Source: Gemmatimonadaceae bacterium
Lineage (GTDB): Bacteria > Gemmatimonadota > Gemmatimonadetes > Gemmatimonadales > Gemmatimonadaceae
Direction of reading: 5' to 3'
Assembly: GCA_045803545.1 (NCBI GenBank)
Contig: JBJMOW010000005.1
Coordinates: 992,001 to 1,056,000, forward strand
DNA length: 64,000 nt
Shown: positions 60,347 to 64,000 of the stretch, piece after piece
How positions within the stretch are numbered: position 1 is the stretch's first letter
How the letters are laid out: every line of letters starts with the position of its first letter
Translations under genes and position numbers: made by a program
Notes under the pieces: generated by a model
What the model saw: the letters and a program-made list of their open reading frames with translations, nothing else
Database searches by the model: none
What the model was told of the DNA's origin: nothing

Positions 60347-60966
60347 TGACGTTGCCTCATTTTAGTCGAATCGGGCGGCGCGATCGGCAGAAGCTCCTGC
60401 CGGCTGTAACCGAACTCTTCGATCGTGAAAATCACTGCCTTCGGTTGAATCGCGGCGACCCGCATTCTGCCGATCGTCTGGCCAACTCTGACCTTGTACT
60501 GGTCGTATTTAGACGTGACATCGCGCAAAACCGCAACAGAGTTTTGCCCGCGTGGATCGTAGGCAACACCGACCAGCTTGAGGTCCTGCAGCAACGGTTT
60601 GAGATCAGACGTTGTAAGCAGTGACACAAATGGATCGCGACGGCCGGAACCTTCGTATGCGAATACTTCGCGGTTGATCAAAGCCTTGGGCGCAGTGTCG
60701 GCGGCCGGCTTCGCAGTCACGGGCGCGGCACTGTTCAACGGCTTGAGCGGGGACGGTGGCGTCGCCGCTGCCTTTGAATTCGCGGCAGGATTCGAGACCT
60801 TCGTCGTCGTCGGAGTAGGAGCTGAAGCAGCCGGCTGCGCATTTGGACGCGCGACTACTGGCTTGGCGACGTTCGCGCCCGGACGCGATAACTGCGCGTG
60901 CGCCTGTGCGGACGCACCGCTCGCGAGCGCCGTCACCAGGATGAGTCCGAGAGATACTTGCTTCAT
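60343..60966 (-). CDS. PilP-like pilus assembly protein
   Basis: GRRDPF, LKLVG and VRVGQ.IG. Positioned between pilO and pilQ. Confidence 0.7.
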   Translation of the reverse strand: MKQVSLGLILVTALASGASAQAHAQLSRPGANVAKPVVARPNAQPAASAPTPTTTKVSNPAANSKAAATPPSPLKPLNSAAPVTAKPAADTAPKALINREVFAYEGSGRRDPFVSLLTTSDLKPLLQDLKLVGVAYDPRGQNSVAVLRDVTSKYDQYKVRVGQTIGRMRVAAIQPKAVIFTIEEFGYSRQELLPIAPPDSTKMRQRQ

Positions 60967-60968
60967 TA

Positions 60969-61586
60969 TTATTTCACCGCTGAGGCTGGTGCATAAGGCG
61001 TTGAGCGAGCGACGTACGTCTGCACCTGAAACTCGGTGTCGACCAGTGACTCACCTTTCTTCACCCTCGCCTTGGTCTTGTCGGCGACCGGGTGAAGCTT
61101 GATTGACATCGTTACTGGAGCGATGATGCGGTTCAGCGATCCCACGTTGCTGAGGAACTGTCCCACCGGGTGATAGCCGCCGATCACCGCCAGCTTGTAG
61201 CGGTAAGTATCGAACTGCTCACCGGGGAGAACCGGCATCGGTTCAACAGTGGCCAGGTCCAGTCCGACGCGACGCGCAGCCGTCGAGATATCCTCGAGCA
61301 GTGCCGGTACTTCATTGCTCCTCGGAACGAGCTGGCGCATCACCTTCAGGCTCTGATCGTACTCCGCCGTTTGCGCTTTGAGCTTCTGCAGGCTTCCCTG
61401 CGCGATGTCCGCCTTCGCCTGCTGATTCTTTTTGTCGAGAGAATCGACATGCGCCTGAGCCACCGCCATTTCCTTCGATTTCGGCTTGTACAGGAAGTAC
61501 CAGTAAGCACCGAGTAGTAGCACGGCTGCGATGCCGATGCCGACCAGCGTCTGCTCGCGCTTGGTCATGTTTGCGCCGATAGCCAT
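60969..61586 (-). CDS. pilO: Type IV pilus assembly protein PilO
   Basis: TM segment, LVP...EVPALLEDI and GGYH..GQF...V..L.RI. Confidence 0.9.
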   Translation of the reverse strand: MAIGANMTKREQTLVGIGIAAVLLLGAYWYFLYKPKSKEMAVAQAHVDSLDKKNQQAKADIAQGSLQKLKAQTAEYDQSLKVMRQLVPRSNEVPALLEDISTAARRVGLDLATVEPMPVLPGEQFDTYRYKLAVIGGYHPVGQFLSNVGSLNRIIAPVTMSIKLHPVADKTKARVKKGESLVDTEFQVQTYVARSTPYAPASAVK

Positions 61587-62413
61587 TACCGCACCGCCGA
61601 GACTACGAGTGGAACTGTCTTGACCACGAATGGAGGCGGAGCTTGCGTCTCTGCCTGCAGCGTGAACTCGGTTACTTCCTTCCCTTCCGCCTGCACCAGG
61701 TCCGACCGCGTCAGCTGCACGTTCTGAATGAACGGCGAGGCCTCGAGCGACTTCATGAATCGCGTCAGTGCCTGAATGTCGACGGTGTGACCAATGATCT
61801 TGAAGTTGATTTGCTTGGCGTCGGCGAGGAGTGAATCCGATCTCACTCTCTTGGCGCGATCGCGCTCAAGCTGTCTCTGCCTCGGCGACTTCGTCGCCTG
61901 ACCGGCAGTATCCGGATTGGCAGCGGCTCCTTTCTTCACCACGGTGTCGGCCATCGCGACGCTTTTTGCCGCGCTCGTCTGCGAGACTTCCACCAGCCAG
62001 GTGTACTGCGGCAGCGCGCTGCTGATCTCGTACATCAGATGCGACCACAGGTACCGCGAGTCGTCGATCGACTTGATGATCGCGATCTGCTGGTACAGCG
62101 AGTCGCGCGTCGCTTCAGCTTTCGCCTTGGCATTGAGCACCGCGCTGTACTGCGCCGAATCCTTGACTGCCTGATTCTCACGCGCGTCGAGCATCGCGGC
62201 TCTCGCCGTCTGGCTGATGAACATCAGGACGATCAGAGCGCCAGCCGCGCCGGCAGCGCCGATCGCACCCAGCATGTACTTGTCGGTGATCTTGTCGGAG
62301 AGACCGGCGAACCACTGTGCCGGATGAATCTCCATCTTGAAGCCGGAGCCGGTGGTGGCCTTGCCGCGCTTCTTCTTCTTGGCGTCGCCGGGGAGCAGGT
62401 TGATTTCAATCAT
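61586..62413 (-). CDS. pilN: Type IV pilus assembly protein PilN
   Basis: MIEINLLP, LP.Y.WL and FM..LE.SPF. Confidence 0.9.
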   Translation of the reverse strand: MIEINLLPGDAKKKKRGKATTGSGFKMEIHPAQWFAGLSDKITDKYMLGAIGAAGAAGALIVLMFISQTARAAMLDARENQAVKDSAQYSAVLNAKAKAEATRDSLYQQIAIIKSIDDSRYLWSHLMYEISSALPQYTWLVEVSQTSAAKSVAMADTVVKKGAAANPDTAGQATKSPRQRQLERDRAKRVRSDSLLADAKQINFKIIGHTVDIQALTRFMKSLEASPFIQNVQLTRSDLVQAEGKEVTEFTLQAETQAPPPFVVKTVPLVVSAVR

Positions 62414-62431
62414 TTTCTATGCGTCTCCGGA

Positions 62432-63472
62432 TCAGTTCTTTCGCAGCGCGAGGCCGATCGACAGCATCAGCAGCGGCGCGACTTCGTCGGTCACCAGCGA
62501 ATCCATGGCGCCATCGCGCACCGTCATCGTGGCGAGCGGATTGGCGAGCTCCACTGGCTTGCGGAGGCGCTGACCGAGAGCCTCTGTAAGGCCTGGTGTG
62601 CGCGAGCCACCGCCGCAGGTGTAGACTGCCTTCATCTGGCCGTCGCCCTTGAGCGACGTCGACAGGAACGCGATCGCGCGCTCCAGTCCGGTTGCGATTT
62701 CTTCAGTCCGCGCGGTGATGACGGAGTCCAGCTGCGGTGAACGATCGTAGCCCCGAATGAGGGCTTCGGCGTCGGCGGCTGAGAGTCCATGCTCGCGCTG
62801 CAGATCTTCACGAAGACGACGGGTGCCCACCGGCAAATCGCGGGTGAGAATTGGAACTCCGTCGTCGAGAATGTTGATGTTGGTTACTTCATGGCCGATG
62901 TTGACGAGGCCAACGGCGCCGCTCATCGCGGCGGGATAGTTCACTTCAAAGGCGTTGTGGAGCGCAAAAGCGTCGACATCCATCTGCATTGGTGTGATGC
63001 CAGCCTCGGCGAGGATGCGGAGCTTGGCTTCGACCAGATCGCGCTTGGCTGCGACAAGGAGCACGCTCATCTCGTCACGACTGTCGCCGTTCTCGTCCAG
63101 AATCTGGAAATCCAGCTCCACCGAGTCGACGTCGGGCACGTGTTGCTCCGCTTCCCAGCGCATTAACTCGCGCGCCTGCGCTTCCTTGACGCGCTCAGTC
63201 TTGATTCGCTTGATGATTACATCGCGGCCACCGACGGCGGCGACAACGGCCTTGGTGTTGGCGTCAACGGATTCGATGGTCTGGCGGATGATGTCCGAGA
63301 CCATGTGCGGATCCATCACTTCGCCTTCGACGATCGCATCGTCGGGGAGCGGAGTGATGCCGACCTTGACCAGTTCTGGTGTGGACTTCGAGTGATCGAC
63401 CACGGCGACCTTGACCAGGCCGGATCCGATGTCGAGCCCTACGGTAGTCTTCTTCCGGCCAAATAACCCCAT
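62432..63472 (-). CDS. pilM: Type IV pilus assembly protein PilM
   Basis: VGLDIG..VK, VLLVAA, DVDAFAL.N and GGG. Actin-like fold. Confidence 0.93.
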   Translation of the reverse strand: MGLFGRKKTTVGLDIGSGLVKVAVVDHSKSTPELVKVGITPLPDDAIVEGEVMDPHMVSDIIRQTIESVDANTKAVVAAVGGRDVIIKRIKTERVKEAQARELMRWEAEQHVPDVDSVELDFQILDENGDSRDEMSVLLVAAKRDLVEAKLRILAEAGITPMQMDVDAFALHNAFEVNYPAAMSGAVGLVNIGHEVTNINILDDGVPILTRDLPVGTRRLREDLQREHGLSAADAEALIRGYDRSPQLDSVITARTEEIATGLERAIAFLSTSLKGDGQMKAVYTCGGGSRTPGLTEALGQRLRKPVELANPLATMTVRDGAMDSLVTDEVAPLLMLSIGLALRKN

Positions 63473-63681
63473 CGCGGCCCTTTCTATGAAATAAGAAGCG
63501 GGTTTTACTCGGGCGCGCGCCGCCTTTCTACGAGCTAGAGGCGTGACAACCCAAGAACCCTGTTTGCTTGCATTTCCATGGAGACCAACCGAGTGGCACT
63601 GCTGCCTCCTGAGTCCGTCACCATCGTTCGAACTAAGACACGATTCAATTGGCGCGAAAGTAACGATGGGCTCCCGAAAGC

Positions 63682-64000
63682 TCACAAAAGCTCCGACCAC
63701 CAAAAGTCAGGAATCGGGTCGACAACCATCGAAGAATCGGCGCTGATTTTGACGCTGATGACCACTCCGATACGTCGCACCGCCTGGCTGTGAGACGATG
63801 CTGATCGTGCCTCCGCCACAATCGCGTACAGAGTCGAGTCGAGGCGGGTGATGGATAGCGAAACCGGCATCGCACCGTCGAAGATTGTGGATAACTCCGC
63901 TCCGCCGACACCGATTTGCTGTGAAGGACGACGCGTCCAGCCGCCAATCGTGCTCGCAACGGCAGACTCCGCGGCGAGCAGCGCCTGCTCTCGCTTCGCC
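63682..64000 (-). CDS. Partial PilX-like minor pilin (C-terminal part)
   Basis: Frame open from the window edge: ..REQALLAAES....ITRL..TLYAIVAEA...RRIG...WWSELL*. Lies upstream of pilM. Confidence 0.55.
   Translation of the reverse strand, partial: AKREQALLAAESAVASTIGGWTRRPSQQIGVGGAELSTIFDGAMPVSLSITRLDSTLYAIVAEARSASSHSQAVRRIGVVISVKISADSSMVVDPIPDFWWSELL

Overview
GC-rich bacterial chromosome segment. The gene repertoire and small-protein families suggest Gemmatimonadota (inference). The right half is mostly core genes on the minus strand: pilMNOPQ, aroC-aroK, smg-topA-trmFO-xerC, hslVU, thpR, argF, gcvT, mogA and an NtrC-type regulator. The left part has a lower-GC accessory block (~2.55-13.1 kb) associated with two tRNA-Pro(GGG) 3' fragments that share a 45-bp direct repeat. 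It carries a HigB/HigA/SecB-like toxin-antitoxin-chaperone operon, a complete Type I R-M system and a decayed integrative element. The strongest novelty candidates are: (1) an unannotated 16-aa Trp-terminal peptide gene (MFAAFLRWCFPDTILW, with a strong RBS) between a conserved hypothetical gene and a membrane-sensor HD-GYP phosphodiesterase, a putative peptide-sensing c-di-GMP module; (2) the TAC operon, whose antitoxin ends in an ssrA-like tail; (3) a lipoprotein with a C-terminal JAB/MPN-like domain plus an exported partner; (4) a conserved leader with a covarying hairpin upstream of two paralogous HYR-domain lipoproteins; (5) a dispersed G-rich heptamer repeat family. All calls come from reading motifs by eye; no database searches were run.
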